From: the human T2T-CHM13v2.0 reference genome, Homo sapiens
DNA length: 64,000 nucleotides
NCBI GenBank assembly: GCA_009914755.4
Contig: CP068257.2
Location: forward strand, 30,144,001-30,208,000
Direction: 5' to 3'
Within the stretch, counting starts at the first letter, position 1; each line of letters begins with the position of its first letter. The notes under the pieces were generated by a model. The model made no database searches and was not told where the DNA came from. It saw only the letters and a list, made by a program, of their open reading frames with translations. The position numbers and the translations under genes are program-made. Of this stretch, positions 14,612 to 28,676 are shown piece after piece.

Positions 14612-15133
14612 CAGCGGTCCGGAACCTTTTTGGTACCAGGCACTGGTTTCATAGAAGATAATTTTTCCATGGACTGGGGGTGGGGAGTGGTTCCAGGATG
14701 ATTCCAGCACATTCCATTTATTGTGCACTTTATTTCTATCATTATTACATTGTAACATGTAATGAAATAATTATACAACTCACCATAATGTAGAATCAGT
14801 GAGAGCCCCGAGCTTATTTTCCTGCAACTAGATGGTCCTGGGGGTGAGGGGAGACAGTGACAGATCATCAGGCATTAGATTTTCATAAGGAGTGGCAATC
14901 TAGATCCCTCACATGTGCAGTTCACAGTAGGATTTGTGCTCCTATGAGAATCTAATGCCACCGCCGATCTGACAGGAGGTGGAGCTCAGGTGGTAATGCG
15001 AATGATGGGGAGTGGCTGTAAATACAGATGAAACTTCTCTAGCTCTCCCTCTGCTCCCCTCCTACTCTGCAGCCCACTTCCTAACAGGCCGTGGACTGAT
15101 ACTGGTCTGTGGCCCGGTGGTTGAGAACTCCTG
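14612..15133. mobile_element. Non-autonomous DNA transposon (hAT-like; about 520 bp) with 8-bp TSD TTTTATAG
   Basis: Element cagcggtccggaacctttttggtaccaggcactggtttcatagaagataatttttccatggactggggg…cctaacaggccgtggactgatactggtctgtggcccggtggttgagaactcctg. The termini are imperfect inverted repeats (cagNggtc…aacc / ggttgagaactcctg). Identical ttttatag occurs at 14604-14611 and 15134-15141. I recognise the body as a common human interspersed repeat but am not sure of its name. Confidence 0.6.
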
Positions 15134-15787
15134 TTTTATAGCTTGATAAAAGCTATTTTATACATTTGGACAGAGATTCTCAAAATGTCTCTGTTGACAT
15201 GAAGAAGATGCAAATGCACACTGAGAAAGCAGTCTTCCTTCCCCAGCAGATTCATGGATTGCAGTATTGGAATCAAGTCATGCTTCTTTTTAAAAAAATT
15301 GTGATTCTTATTTTCCTTTTTGTATTCACATCTCAGCAGCAGAAGGAAGAGTCATGCCTTCTTAATTTCAGGTCAGCAGTCAGTCAGTCCACATTTACTG
15401 GACACCCACAGGGTATGGCACATTTTACTAGGTGTGGGGGCAAACTAAAAATAAATAGAAGCTTAATTCATGCCCTAAAGGAGCTTTTAATTTCCTGGAG
15501 ACACAGAACACTCCTGCTGAACACAAATACACTAATAATAAGGAAACATTTCATGTGAGATTTAGAGATAAGCAGTCTAACTTAGTTTGTGAAGGGTGAT
15601 ATATTTTGTAATTAAGTGACTACAGAGTAATGGGATGGCCAGGACTGGCCCTCAGACCTCTTGACTCCCTGTGGAACTTTTCCCATCAGGTCACTCTGCC
15701 ACCAACCCTAATGAGCCCCATCAACTGCAGTACAAATCTGTGCCCTAAATATTGAGGGGGAGTTCAAGTAAAGAAAACAAAATCAGA

Positions 15788-16080
15788 TTTTTTTTTTTTG
15801 AGAAGAAGTCTCACTATTTCGCTCTGGCTAATGTACAGTGGCGCGATCTCAACTCACTGCAACCTCCGCATCCCAGGTTCAGGTGATTCTACTGCCTCAG
15901 CCTTCTGAGTAGCTGGGACTACAGGCATGCATCACTATACCCGGCTAATTTTTAAATTTTTAATAGAGGTGGGATTTCACCATGTTGGCCAGGCTGGTCT
16001 CGAACTCCTTATCTCAAGTGATCTGCCTGCATCGACCTCCCAAAGTGCTGGGATTGCAGGAGTGGGCCACCGTGCCCAGC
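15788..16080 (-). mobile_element. Alu with 11-bp TSD caaaatcagat
   Basis: Poly-T then gagaagaagtctcactatttcgctctggctaatgtacagtggcgcgatctcaactcactgcaacc…gggattgcaggagtgggccaccgtgcccagc. TSD copies at 15777-15787 and 16081-16090. Confidence 0.95.
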
Positions 16081-16539
16081 AAAATCAGATGTTGGTATCA
16101 TGAAAAGCATATCAAATGCATTTTGGAGAAAATAAGAAACATGGATTAAAAGGAAAGATGAGGGAGCATGAGCTAAGAGTTGGTCTAAGAGTTGGCGGCG
16201 TAGAGTGATACAGAAAGCCAGGAGTTCCTCTCAAACCAACTGAGGGAGATGGTTAAGGCTGTGAGAGGCAGGAGAGGTTCTTCCGTGGGAAAGGACAGGT
16301 CTGTATGAGCTGAGGGAAGGGGCTGCATAGAGTCGTCACAGGACTGAGACTGGCGCAGGGAGGCAGAGGTGAGCCTGGCAGAAGTTTGGATGTCACAGCC
16401 CCCTCCACATTCCATAGCTTCTTTCATTGCAACTTGTTTCTTAGTTCAGTTAGTAGAAATTCAGTCTTTTCTTGGGGACGCTGAAAAGTCCATGGGTATT
16501 ATTCCATAAAATCCAGAGCAGTGGAAAGGATTTGTTTGA

Positions 16540-16700
16540 GCATATGTGTAATTATGTGTGTAAGTGTGTGTGAGTGACTGTGTGAGCACGTGGGTGGGTG
16601 GGAATATGCACGTATGTGAGTGTGACTACATAGAATGTGAGAATGCACATATGTGTCTGTGTGTGTGTGTTTGTGTGTGTTGTATGTGAGAGTCAGTGTA
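16540..16700. repeat. Degenerate GT-rich (TG)n-like low-complexity tract
   Basis: gtgtgtaagtgtgtgtgagtgactgtgtgagcacgtgggtgggtggg…gtctgtgtgtgtgtgtttgtgtgtgttgtatgtgag. Confidence 0.6.
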
Positions 16701-16737
16701 TAGGTACATTGCTCCTAGAGGTCACTGTACTTGTTTC

Positions 16738-17164
16738 CTATTGCCACTGTGACAAAATTACCGCACATTTAGTGGCTTGAAACAACACACATTTGTTATC
16801 TTACAGTTCTGGAGGTCAGAGGCTGAAATGGGCCTCACTGGGCTAAAATCAAGGTGTGAGCAGGGCTGTGTTCTTTCTGGAGGCTCTAGAGGAGAAACTG
16901 CACCTTGCTTTGTGGCACTTTCTCCATCTTCAAAGCCAGCCTTTCTCCTCTTGAATCCTCTGACCTGCTCCTCTGCCTCTCTCTTCTGCTTTTAAGGATC
17001 CTTGTGATTACATTGGCCCTGCCTGAATAATGCAGTATACTCTCTTTCTCTTAAAGTCGACTAATTAGCAAACTTAATTCCATCTGCAGCCCTCGTTTCC
17101 ATGTAACCCAACATATGCACAGATTCTGGTGATTAGGAGGGTGACATTATTCTGCCTACCACAG
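16738..17164 (+). mobile_element. MLT1-type (MaLR) LTR
   Basis: cctattgccactgtgacaaaattaccgcacatttagtggcttgaaacaacacacatttgttatcttacagttctggaggtcagaggctgaaatgggcctcactgggctaaaatcaaggtgtgagcagggctg…ccatcttcaaagccagc…aggatccttgtgattacattggccctgcctgaataatgcag…ttattctgcctaccacag. Confidence 0.5.
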
Positions 17165-18773
17165 TTACCATCATAATCTGCTTTCATAAAGCAGAAATGC
17201 CTCTTTCCCCTTTCTCCAAATGTTGAAAGGCCTTGGAGGGGCAGGAGGCCCAGGCCTGGAGAAGCAGGTGTATTTTGCAAACACACCCCAGGGGGTTCTG
17301 ATTCAGCCTCACTCTCATTGTGATCCACTGGTTTAAATGTTAGCTTAAAACAGCATTTATCTTTTCACAAATAGCAATGACAGAAAGGACTTTTGCGATG
17401 ATTTAACCCATTCATTTTTATTCATCAGGAAAGGGAGAGCTCAGCTGGTGAAATGACTTCTCCAAGGTCTCCCAGGTTGTGAGGGTAGAGCTAGATCACC
17501 TACCAACATCCTCAAAGCTCCATCCACTGCTCTTCCTATGGTTAGATTCATCAATTTTACAAGATTATTTATTTCCCTGCCTTTTCTAACCAAGAGAGAT
17601 GTGGTTTCTGTGGATAAGATGCTTACATGGTTTTGTTGCCTTTGCTGCCGGAGGCACATAATGGGTTGAGGAGGTGAGACCCAAGGTAAATATGCCTGGT
17701 ATTCAATCTGGAGTGTCGTGGTATCAAGAAGATGAAGATAACTTGGAAGAGGTTTACAGGAGATCAGCTAAAATGATGAAATGAGGGAAGAGTGAAGCAG
17801 ATAAGGAGGGAATCCTTCACTAGGCAGCCAGTTGGCTGGAAGAAATCAGACTGCAGGACTTCCCTGAATATTTTCAAGCTGGGATATAAGGTTCATGCTG
17901 CTTGCAAGTTGGGCCTCAGCACTGGAAGTCTCCAAATTAGCTGTGGTGAAGGGAAATCAATGTCTTTGAGTCCATCAGTTGGTTCCATTTCTACTCCGTG
18001 GCCACTTTGCATATGAGCCCATCAAACAGTCAGTGAGGTGGCTGGGAAGGAAGTTGACTGATATCTACAGGGCTGATAATTTTGTCCACTGGTTTATTCA
18101 TTACCTTTCCCACTGTGGAGTAGGGTCTTTGGGAGAGAGTACACTTTCGGGAAACTTTTCTAGATGCTGATCCACATACCTCCTCAAACCTCCCTGTGGC
18201 TAATTCTCCAATCTTGTTCCTTCCATGTTCATGACCAGCTATCCAAACATTAGCCACAGCCTGAAGCCCAAGAGTCTGATAATGCTTTTGCACCTCAAGT
18301 TCTCTCACTGTCCAGCAAGAGTGGCCAACAAAGTGCTCCACTCACGCTTGCATCCTCTGAGATGGGTTCCCTTTACCCGCAGCCTTTAGGGCCATTCAAG
18401 AGTGAGGATGTAGAGCCAGTTGTTTAATTCTGGTTGGAGCAAGTGGATTAGGCAGATCCATCTGAGGCCACGCTTGGCTTTAAGCTGTCATAGGGAACGC
18501 CCCATGAGGCTGGAGGTTGAGTGGAGAGAAGGATGGCGGCATGGCAGGGGTGAGGCTGCTGCTCATGGAACAACTTGTGTCATCACAGCCTGCTTAAGCT
18601 CCCGCTTGACTGTCCCTCTGCCATTGATGATGGAGCTCTGTGGATCACATGATCACACTAGACTTTTGTTAAGGCAGAAAAACTGACCACTTCAACCGGG
18701 GCAATCCAGATCATGTGGCCATTTGGCATTCAACAATGCCACCAACATTGTTGAACTGCTGGCTAGGATCTAG

Positions 18774-19077
18774 TTTTTTTTTTTTTTTTTTTTTTTTTGA
18801 GACAGAGTCTCACTCTGTCACCCAGGCTGGAGTGCAGTGACGTGATCCTAGCTCACTGCAACCTCCGACTCCTGGGTTCAAGCAATTCTCCTGTCAGCCT
18901 CCCGAGAAGCTGTGACTATAGGCACAGGCCACCACACCCAGCTAATTTTTGTATTTTTAGTAGAGATGGGGTTTCACCATATTGGTCAGGCTGGTCTCGA
19001 ATTCCTGACCTCAGGTGATCCACCTGCCTCGGCCTCCCAAAGTGCTGGGATTGCAGGCATGAGCCACTGCACCTGGC
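18774..19077 (-). mobile_element. Alu (AluS-like)
   Basis: 23-nt poly-T then gagacagagtctcactctgtcacccaggctggagtgcagtgacgtgatcctagctcactgcaacc…gggattgcaggcatgagccactgcacctggc. Flanking direct repeat aggatcYagt. Confidence 0.95.
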
Positions 19078-19762
19078 TCAGGATCCAGTCTTATTGCAAT
19101 GGTTTGCACCACCGGCAAGAATTCACTGTCATCCCCACTTGCCTGTATCACTTGGTCTTAAAGCAAATTGCACTATGATTATACGAGGCCCAAGCAACCT
19201 AGGATCACATGCCTACGCCTGACTGCGAGGGTAGCTGGGAAAGAAAATATCTTGTGTTTTCAGCTTCTGTAGTGGGTGGGTAGACAAGCTTTATAAAAAG
19301 GGATTTTCTCCAATTACTAGAAGGGGATTCAGACGTTAGGCAGTCAAAATATCTCCAATATATGTTTCCTCCACCCTTTTTGAAAAAATACAGAAAAATT
19401 TAAAGAAGAACATAAGAATAAAATGTAATCCAATAACTCAGAAATAAAAAATTTATTAAAATTTAGATGCGTTTCTTCCACATATCCTCTAATGAATATT
19501 TGTCTTATAAGAACAAATATTTCATGAGGTCAGGGATGTCATCTGTTTTATTTGCCACTGACTTCATACTAATAAATGCATGCCTAAATGAATGGTTGTT
19601 TCATAAATCTTCAACTAGTATTGCAATCATTTTTCATTATTAATAATGACCTTTATGCAATCAGTTTTAATGGCTAGGTAAGGTTTTATCCAATGAATGT
19701 AACATTACATTTCTAGTGAGCTGGGTCTGGTCTAAGAATGACACTGTTGGGAAATGAAGTGA

Positions 19763-20272
<510 letters not shown>

Positions 20273-20646
20273 TAACAAAACTGTTTCATGGTTGTTGGCT
20301 TGTTTGTGACACTCCTGAGGTTCTGGTGAAGAAGCAGAACACAGATGCAAATACAACAATGATGATGTGTTGATCAACTCGTGGATAGACATTGTTCTAA
20401 GTGCTTCACATATGTTATCTCATTGAGTTTTCACAACAACCCTATGAAGTATTATCCCCCAAGGTATAGAGAAGGTTTCACATTGCTGGTGTAATCCCAG
20501 AGTCTGCAGCAAGACGATCTGACTCATTGACATCATTCTAGGTGTGGTCTCAAATGAGCTTATTCAAGTGCATTTTTGGCAAAGAAGGACATGAATAAAA
20601 AGCACCGAGAAATGGGTGGGTTTTTTTCTCTTAAAATGATGGCAGG

Positions 20647-20930
20647 GGCTGGGCATGGGGTGGATCATGCCTGTAATCCCAGCACTTTGGGAGGCCGAGG
20701 CGGGCGGATCACGAGGTCAAGAGATGGAGAGCATCCTGGCCAACATGGTGAAACCCCGTCTCTACTAAAAAATACAAAAATTAGCCAGGCATGGTGGTGC
20801 TCACCGTAGTCCCAGCTACTCGGGAGGCTGAGGCAGGAGAATCGCTTGAACCTGGGAGGTGAGGTTGCAGTGAGCTGAGATCATGCCACTGCACTCCAGC
20901 CTGGCGACAGAGCAAAACTCCGTCTCAAAA

Positions 20931-20973
<43 letters not shown>

Positions 20974-20974
20974 A
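20647..20974 (+). mobile_element. Alu with (AAAT)n tail and 13-bp TSD aaatgatggcagg
   Basis: ggctgggcatggggtggatcatgcctgtaatcccagcactttgggaggccgaggcgggcggatcacgaggtcaagagatggagagcatcctggccaacatggtgaaaccccgtctc…caaaataaataaataaataaa…. TSD at 20633-20645 and 20973-20985. Confidence 0.95.
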
Positions 20975-22123
20975 ATGATGGCAGGATGTATAACTCCTTT
21001 TGGGAACCACAGAAGCCCCTAGCTATTTAGAACAGGTTGAAAGACCTTTAATGATTTCTTTGGGAGAAGAGCTTCTTGGCAATTCAGGAAGACAGGTTGG
21101 TAACTTGGGGTTTACAGAGAATCTCCTTGCCCTGTTCTTTCTTCTTTGGCTCTAGAAACCCAAACAGGGCACCTCCTGAACTGGAATGAGAGAAGTACTC
21201 TCTGACTCATTCCACTGACTCTTGCCTCAATCCTCCTTTGACCTGGGCTTCTTATCTGATCAGGAGAGAGGAATATCTCATAACAAACCTCCATTTAATT
21301 GACTCCCCAAATTAATGAACACTCTTCACGCCCTCCCAAGAACACACACTAACACTTACAGCAAGTTGAATGCTCATAGCTAGTCAATGACTCTCTCGTG
21401 CACCCATGCACCCACCTGCTGATTTACCTGCTGTGCTTACCAAGAGTTAGTTACATTAGCTCCCAAACCTCTTTCTGCCATTTGTACTCATTGCTGTAAC
21501 TAACTAATTTAATTATTAGGGGAACCACTTTATTCAACAAATTGAACATCTACAGTATGCAAGGCAATGTTCTTCATGCTTGGAATAAATCAGTGAACAA
21601 GAAAACAAAGATCCCCTTTTTCATGACACTTATATTCTATGCAAAAAAAACATAATTACTTCACAGATAATTAAGTTGAATGCTTTGGTAAGATCCAACA
21701 AATGTAAGTTGCTTAAAATTTTTGCTTAATTTGGTGTGGTTGAGACAACTGTAAAAAGATTGAGAAAAATATTGCAAGGCTCTGGAAGGATTCCACACTC
21801 AGGATACTTCACAAGTGTCTTTAAATTCTCGTTCTATTTTAAAGAAATCATAACTAGAAATATACAGGCATGATTTGTACAAGAAAAACAACGAAGAAAT
21901 CCAATGAGCAAATCCAAAGGAAGGCCTTGGACTTACATCAAAAAATTTTTTACTTGTTTTACAGTAAAATGAAATGTTTAAGGTTAAATATTTATCTTTT
22001 TTTCTTTTTAAAAATGAATTTTCACTGTAAGTGGCTTTTTTGATTGACAGTCGACAACTAGTCCCAACAGAGCTGAATGAAAGTGTTTCTACTCTATTTT
22101 TCTTTTCTTTTTTCTGTTTTACT

Positions 22124-22402
22124 TCTGAGACAGGGTCTTGCTGTTTTGCCCAGGCTGGAGTGTGGTTGCGTGATCACAATTTACCATAGCCTCCACCTCC
22201 TGGGCTCAACTGATCCTCCTACCTCAGCCTCCTGAATAGCTGGGACTACAGCCACGACCTGGCTAATTAAAAAAAATTTTTTTTATAAAGACGGGGTCTC
22301 ACTATGTTGCCTCGGTTGGTTTCGAACTCCTGGCCTCAAGGGATATTCTCACCTTGGCTTCTTGAAGTGCTGGGATTACAAGCATGCACTGCTGTGCCTG
22401 GC
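22124..22402 (-). mobile_element. Alu (old, AluJ-like)
   Basis: ttctgagacagggtcttgctgttttgcccaggctggagtgtggttgcgtgatcacaatttaccatagcctccacctcctgggctcaactgatcctcctacctcagcctcctgaatagctgggactacag…gggattacaagcatgcactgctgtgcctggcc. Confidence 0.85.
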
Positions 22403-22711
22403 CTTACTCTTATTTTTCAAGGACTGCTTGAATCGGAATCACTAGGGAGCTGCAGCCCTGAATTGGAAGTTCTAGGGTGGGCCCAGAACAAACTCTCTAG
22501 GGATCAACTCAGAAGAGTTGGCTAGCGAGGGCTCTTCTGTCAATCAGGGCAAATTTCCTGAGTCCTTGGTTTGAACCTTCAATCTGGAGGATTAAGGCTC
22601 AAGGTACCATTTGGTGGGAAGGCCCTATCCTGTCTCCAGAGGGAAAAACCTTTTAGGGGTCTGTTTTTGACTTGTGTCATAGCAGAAACCTGGTATTACA
22701 AGAAAGGAAGT

Positions 22712-23044
<333 letters not shown>

Positions 23045-23981
23045 TTAGATATTCCAAGGAGATGAAGAAAGAACCTTGTTCTTGAGCAGTTTATAATCTT
23101 GAGACAAACTCATTACAAATTACTAGGTTATATTACTAGACAGCAGACAGTATTATTAGTAGCAAAATCATATGCAATGCATCCGTTAGAATGGTGAGAG
23201 TCTTGTGGTCCCAGGTTGCCCAGGACTAAAGGGTTGGCTGCTACACAGGGCTTTCAGTATTAAACTGAGATAGTCCCAGGCAAACATGATGGCTGGTCAC
23301 CATGGAGAAGGATCGATTTGCGTGCAAGCACAGCTGGGGAAGGCTTTGTAGATGAGGGAGATATCTGAGTGGGCGTTAAAGTCTAGAAGAATGTACAGCA
23401 GCCGGGAGCTAGGAGGAGAGAGGCAGAACTGTAATTTGAATGCATGAGCAGCCTCAGAGATTCCCAGCACTATTCGTTTAAATCCAGGTATTTAAAACCC
23501 AGTGTGTTTTTAGCGATCACTTGGCGTGTTGCTACAAGAAGTGTGACACAGCTAAGTGGTTCTGCGAGCAGAAGTGGTAACAGTTCATATGCACACCCAC
23601 CTCTGAGTACAGGTTAATTAGCTTGTGTTGGCAGAGCCTTTGAGTGTGTGCAGTACGCCCCACAACCCGGATATTATTAGCCAGTTAGCAACATCTTAAA
23701 AATACCACATTGCTGCAGTCCCTTCAGCTCTTGTTTCTTCCCAATTTCTTTGAAATAGCTGGATTCCTGCAGATTTCAGCATGAGCCTCTCACTGGTACT
23801 CAAGTGGACACAGTGCCTGACACCTGCGTGAATGTGATTACAAACTGACCCTGGGCCTGGGCTGCATTATTGCTCCGCTGCGGGGCCAATTTCCAAACAG
23901 TATGCTGCTGCATTCCTGTTAGAACAGGTTGCATTTATCCTCTCTGTCTCTTCTCTTGTTGGCCTGTTCGTAGACATGGTT

Positions 23982-23984
<3 letters not shown>

Positions 23985-24020
<36 letters not shown>
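23985..24020. repeat. (CA)n microsatellite, about 18 units
   Basis: acacac run read directly. Confidence 0.95.
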
Positions 24021-24022
<2 letters not shown>

Positions 24023-24354
24023 CTTTCATATGCCATACATGTGATATCATAGACCATATGATATTACGTAATACATCTTATAATGAGAGATATGCTAGTG
24101 TCACCCAACGACCACAAACCCTGGATGACAGCCTGCTCTTGCTTGAGCTCAGGCTGAGTCCTATGTCCCTTGGGTGGGGCAGAAGAGGGAAGGGCTTCAG
24201 CACAGGCGACTTCCTCCCTGTCCAGAGCTGCTGCCACAGGAGTTGGGGGGTGAGTTGAGCCCCACCGTGGAGCCTGCTTCCTATTCACAGGCAGCTTCAA
24301 GCTTAGCCAGGCAAAACGACCGTGGTAATGGCTGAACTCTCAAAAGCATGTAAG

Positions 24355-24359
24355 TGTGG

Positions 24360-24392
<33 letters not shown>
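24355..24392. repeat. (TG)n microsatellite, about 18 units, with degenerate GT-rich flank to about 24520
   Basis: tgtgtg run read directly. Confidence 0.9.
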
Positions 24393-24393
<1 letters not shown>

Positions 24394-25514
24394 AATGGGT
24401 GTCTATGTGTATATATGTATGCATATGAGTTTGGAGGCATGTGTGCTATATGTATGTATTTGGAGAGGGTGTGTGTGTGAGTATAGGTGTGTGTGGGGGA
24501 ATGGAATGGTATGTGTATGATGTGTTCATGTGATCCCAAGAGTTGATAGTTGTGCTCTGAGCCCCAGCAGTTGCACAAGTTTGCCAGCCCTCAGATGTGG
24601 GCGCAGAAGACATTCCTGGCTCCCTGTTCTGGCAAGAGAGTCGGTGACAGCCCTGCAGGGGGACTGGAGAATGGGGAGTCGGGGAGTCCCAGGTGTGGAG
24701 CACAGGAAGGGCGGGAGGCCGGTTTCCAGGCCTGGGCGAGCCTCCCATCCTCACCCCTCTCCCAGTTAGAGTGAGAGGCAGAGGGAGTGACAGGCTGATT
24801 TTGCTGCTAGCAGTCATCAGTCTCGGACCTGCTGCCAATCTGCGGAGCTGCTGTAAGCAGCTCCCCGGCTATTGTCACTGAGCAGTGACACACAGATCGG
24901 ATGGGATCCTGTGCTTTGCGGCTCCACCCTCGGCTGGGGTCTCCTGAATAAGAAAGTGCACGCCCAGACAGGTCTGCCTCAGTCCTGCTCATGGGGGGCA
25001 TGCCAATTCCAGAGCTTCCCTGGATCAGGCTGCCCCTCTGCCAGCCCACCACGCAGGTGGGATGGAGTGAGCAGTCAGCAGAGCCGATTTTCCTCAGAGC
25101 TCTTATAAAGCCTGAGTAAAAACAAGCTCAAAGTGTTATTTCTATTCTCTCACTCCACAACAATTAACATAGAAGACTTCTGAGACCAAATGTGTGTGAG
25201 TTTCCCCCACACTCCAAGCAAGCAATCAGTCTGCAGCGGACACCAGCTGGCTGTACTCCAGTTGAATGCCATCTACCTGGAGCTAGCGTCACATCCCACA
25301 GGGCCAGGGGCTCAGCCCCCAAGGCTGCCCCCCTCTTCTGATGCCAATCATAAGCCCCTGGTTATTTTGCCTGTGCTTGTGACTCACCAGCTCTGAATTG
25401 GGGTTCCCACAACCTCCTCCTTTGGTTCGATTAATTTGCTGGAGCTGCTCACAGACTTCAGGAAATCCTTATGTTTACCAGTTTATTACAAAGGATATTT
25501 TAAGATATACAAAT

Positions 25515-25815
25515 GAGGCTGGGCACGGTGGCTCACACCTGTAATCCCAGCACTTTGGGATGCCGAGGGGGGCGGATTACCTGAGGTCAGGAGTTCGAGA
25601 CTAACCTGGCTAACATGGTGAAACCCTGTCTCTACTGAAAACACAAAAATTAGCTGGGTGTGGTGGCAGGTGCTTGTAATCCCAGCTACTCGGGAGGCTG
25701 AGGCAGGAGAATCGCTTGAACCCCAGGAGGCAGAGGTTGCAGTGAGCCAAGATTGAGCCACTGCACTCCAGCCTGGGCGACAGAGTGATACTCCTTTCAA
25801 ACAACAACAACGAAA
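25515..25815 (+). mobile_element. Alu (AluS-like) with (CAA)n-type tail
   Basis: ggctgggcacggtggctcacacctgtaatcccagcactttgggatgccgaggggggcggattacctgaggtcaggagttcgagactaacctggctaacatggtgaaaccctgtctc…caaacaacaacaacgaaaag. Confidence 0.95.
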
Positions 25816-26692
25816 AGATACAAATAAACACTCAGATGAAGAGATACACAGGAGGAGGTCTGGAGGAGTCCTGAGCCCAGAGCTTCTGTCCCCGTGGAGT
25901 TGGGGTGTGCCACGGTCCAGGCACATGGTTGTTGTGTAAGCCCCTGTGTGTCTGGCTATCTGCTGGCTCTCTGAACCCCGTCCTTTCGGGTTTTTATGTA
26001 AGCTTCATTACGCAGGCATGATTGATGACATCATTGGGCATTGGTGAACAACTTGACCTTCAACCCCTCTCCCCTTTGCTGAGGTTGGGGAGGGGGCTGA
26101 AAGTCCCAACCCTCTAATCCCGCCTTGGTCTTTCTGGTGACCAGCCCCCATCCCAAAGTTATCTAGGGGTTGCCAGTCATCAGTCAAATCATTTACATAG
26201 AGAAGACATCACTTTGGAGACTCTGAGGATTTTAGGAATTATATGCCAGGAAACAAGATGAAAACCAGACGTGTTTCACAATATCGTAGAATTCCAGAAA
26301 TGGAGGCTACTCTTGCAGGACTGCTATACATGAGCCTTGAAAAATCGATATGGCAGTACAATACACACTAGCCATTTACTGTTTGGTAGTGGAGGGAGGG
26401 GTGGAGTCTTACCAAGTAAAGCAGTGGTTTAAAAACACAGACAGATGGAGACATTTGAGCCCTGGAGTCTGAATATCAAAGATTCCTGGAAATTACAGAT
26501 TCCTGGGGTTTCTCTCCTGACAGGTTTGGACAAGAGTTCCTTGGCCTCTGGGTGTCCCCCCAACCCCCATCCCAACAGTGGTGCCCTCATAAATTATTGC
26601 AAAACTGACCCAGTGTGGTCTTAAGGAAAGGGAAAGATGTGTAAATAGGGGTTAAGGGCTATTTAAAGGGAACAATCTCCTCCCTCATATTA

Positions 26693-26760
26693 CTTTTTTT
26701 TTAAATTTTATTATTATTATACTTTAAGTTTTAGGGTACATGCGCACAATGTTCACGTTT
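26693..26760 (-). mobile_element. Extremely 5'-truncated L1PA 3'-terminal fragment (about 60 bp plus tail)
   Basis: tttttttttaaattttattattattatactttaagttttagggtacatgcgcacaatgttcacgttt is the reverse complement of the L1PA 3' terminus (…taaaacttaaagtataataaaa…AAA). Confidence 0.45.
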
Positions 26761-27115
26761 TTAAAATTGACTCACCAAAGGCCAGCATGGCCTGTGACCC
26801 TGTGCCTGCAGGCTCACATTTTCTAAATGACAAAGTGCTTCCTGCCTCCCGACAGCATTTCAGACAAGTCAACCTCGGGTCACTGTTTTTTTTTTTTTTT
26901 TTTTACCCGCTTAGAATTGATGGGTTCCCTTGGTCTTCGGTGAGCCCCTTCAGTGCTGATACCCATCTGGTTATTCTTCCTTTTTTCTCTCGGTCTTTCA
27001 TTCCTTTCTTTGACTTGTGTTGACAAAGCACCTAGGAATCATCCTTTTGAAAAAATTGTTTTACTCTTACTGTAGTCAGCAAAGTTCACTTTATATTTTC
27101 TCAATGTTCATTTTA

Positions 27116-27439
<324 letters not shown>

Positions 27440-28633
27440 TTATCGGTCTTTCTTATAAGCATTACTTACATTATAGATCAGAGCGATGCACTAGAACTTT
27501 TCAAAATGATGGGAATGTTCTGTACCTGCACCGTCCTATTAAACTAGCCACCAGCCACCTGTAGCACTTGAACACTTCAAATGTGACTAGTGTGATCGAG
27601 AAACCACATTTTCAATTTTACTTAATTCTATTCAATTAAAATGTAAATAGCCGCATGTGACTAGTGGCTGCAGTAGCTAACCGTGTAAGTAGGGAACAAG
27701 TACGGATCTCCAAGGTGCTCCTCCTCCAAATCCCAGCAAATTCAGATTGCTTTTTCCTTGAGCAACCCAGGCACACTCCTTCATCCTTCTCTCGGCCCCC
27801 TTGGCATGAGAGGAAGTAGGCAAACACTCAGCTTTTTGCCCTGCTGTTCCTACAGCTCTGAGAGTCCTTCACACGGTGAGTAAGAGGTTGGGTTCGGAAA
27901 AGCTTGCTGAAATGTCATTAATATGGGTGAGAATATTTCAGTTCTTCGCCAAGCATTTTCTTTCTTGACACAACAGGTTTACCTGCTTACGCATAAAGGA
28001 AAGCAATGGCTAAACCCTGAAATGAAATGCCTGGGTCCCAGGTGGCTCATAGTTCTATTTCAATTTAATGCATGTTTAAACAAACGTAAGTTATTAGAGT
28101 TATGTACGCTTGAAGGTACTATATGACGAACATTTTGGGAGAAAGCTTATGGGAATTACAGTTACATAACCGGAGAAGAATTTGAAGAGTCCCGGGTTTG
28201 CATGGAGGAAAGAAGCTCAAGGCTGCATTTAAGCTTCCAACTGAGGCACTGTCTCTCTAAGACATTACTGGAATCTGACTGTAATTGGGTGACTGTTGGC
28301 AAAGACCTAGGATGAGGGAGACGATTAGGAAGCATCTGTTTATACAAAGAGGACAAAGGGACAAGGCATTTCCAGGGTGGAAAAAAACCTCAGACTTTTT
28401 AGCAAAAGTCAAAGGCAATGGTGAAACCCTGAAAGGAGGAAGTGGCTGGAAATATAGTGCAGACAATGGTGTACACCTGGAAAGGATCTAAAAACCCGAG
28501 AGAGCTCATCAGTGTCAGAAAACAAGATTGATGAGGCCTACCTGAGCGTGGGTGTCAGACAGAGACTATGTACGGGAACGATTCCTAGATTTGGAGAAGA
28601 GTTCTTGGTTAAAACAACAGGAGGTAGCCCTTT

Positions 28634-28640
28634 ATTTTTC

Positions 28641-28676
<36 letters not shown>

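Noticed and set aside
24300-25110. A CpG island or promoter in the GC-richer unique block
   Set aside because: The observed CpG count is low (about 10 in about 600 bp) and GC enrichment is modest. This does not meet island criteria by eye. Kept only as a low-interest regulatory candidate.
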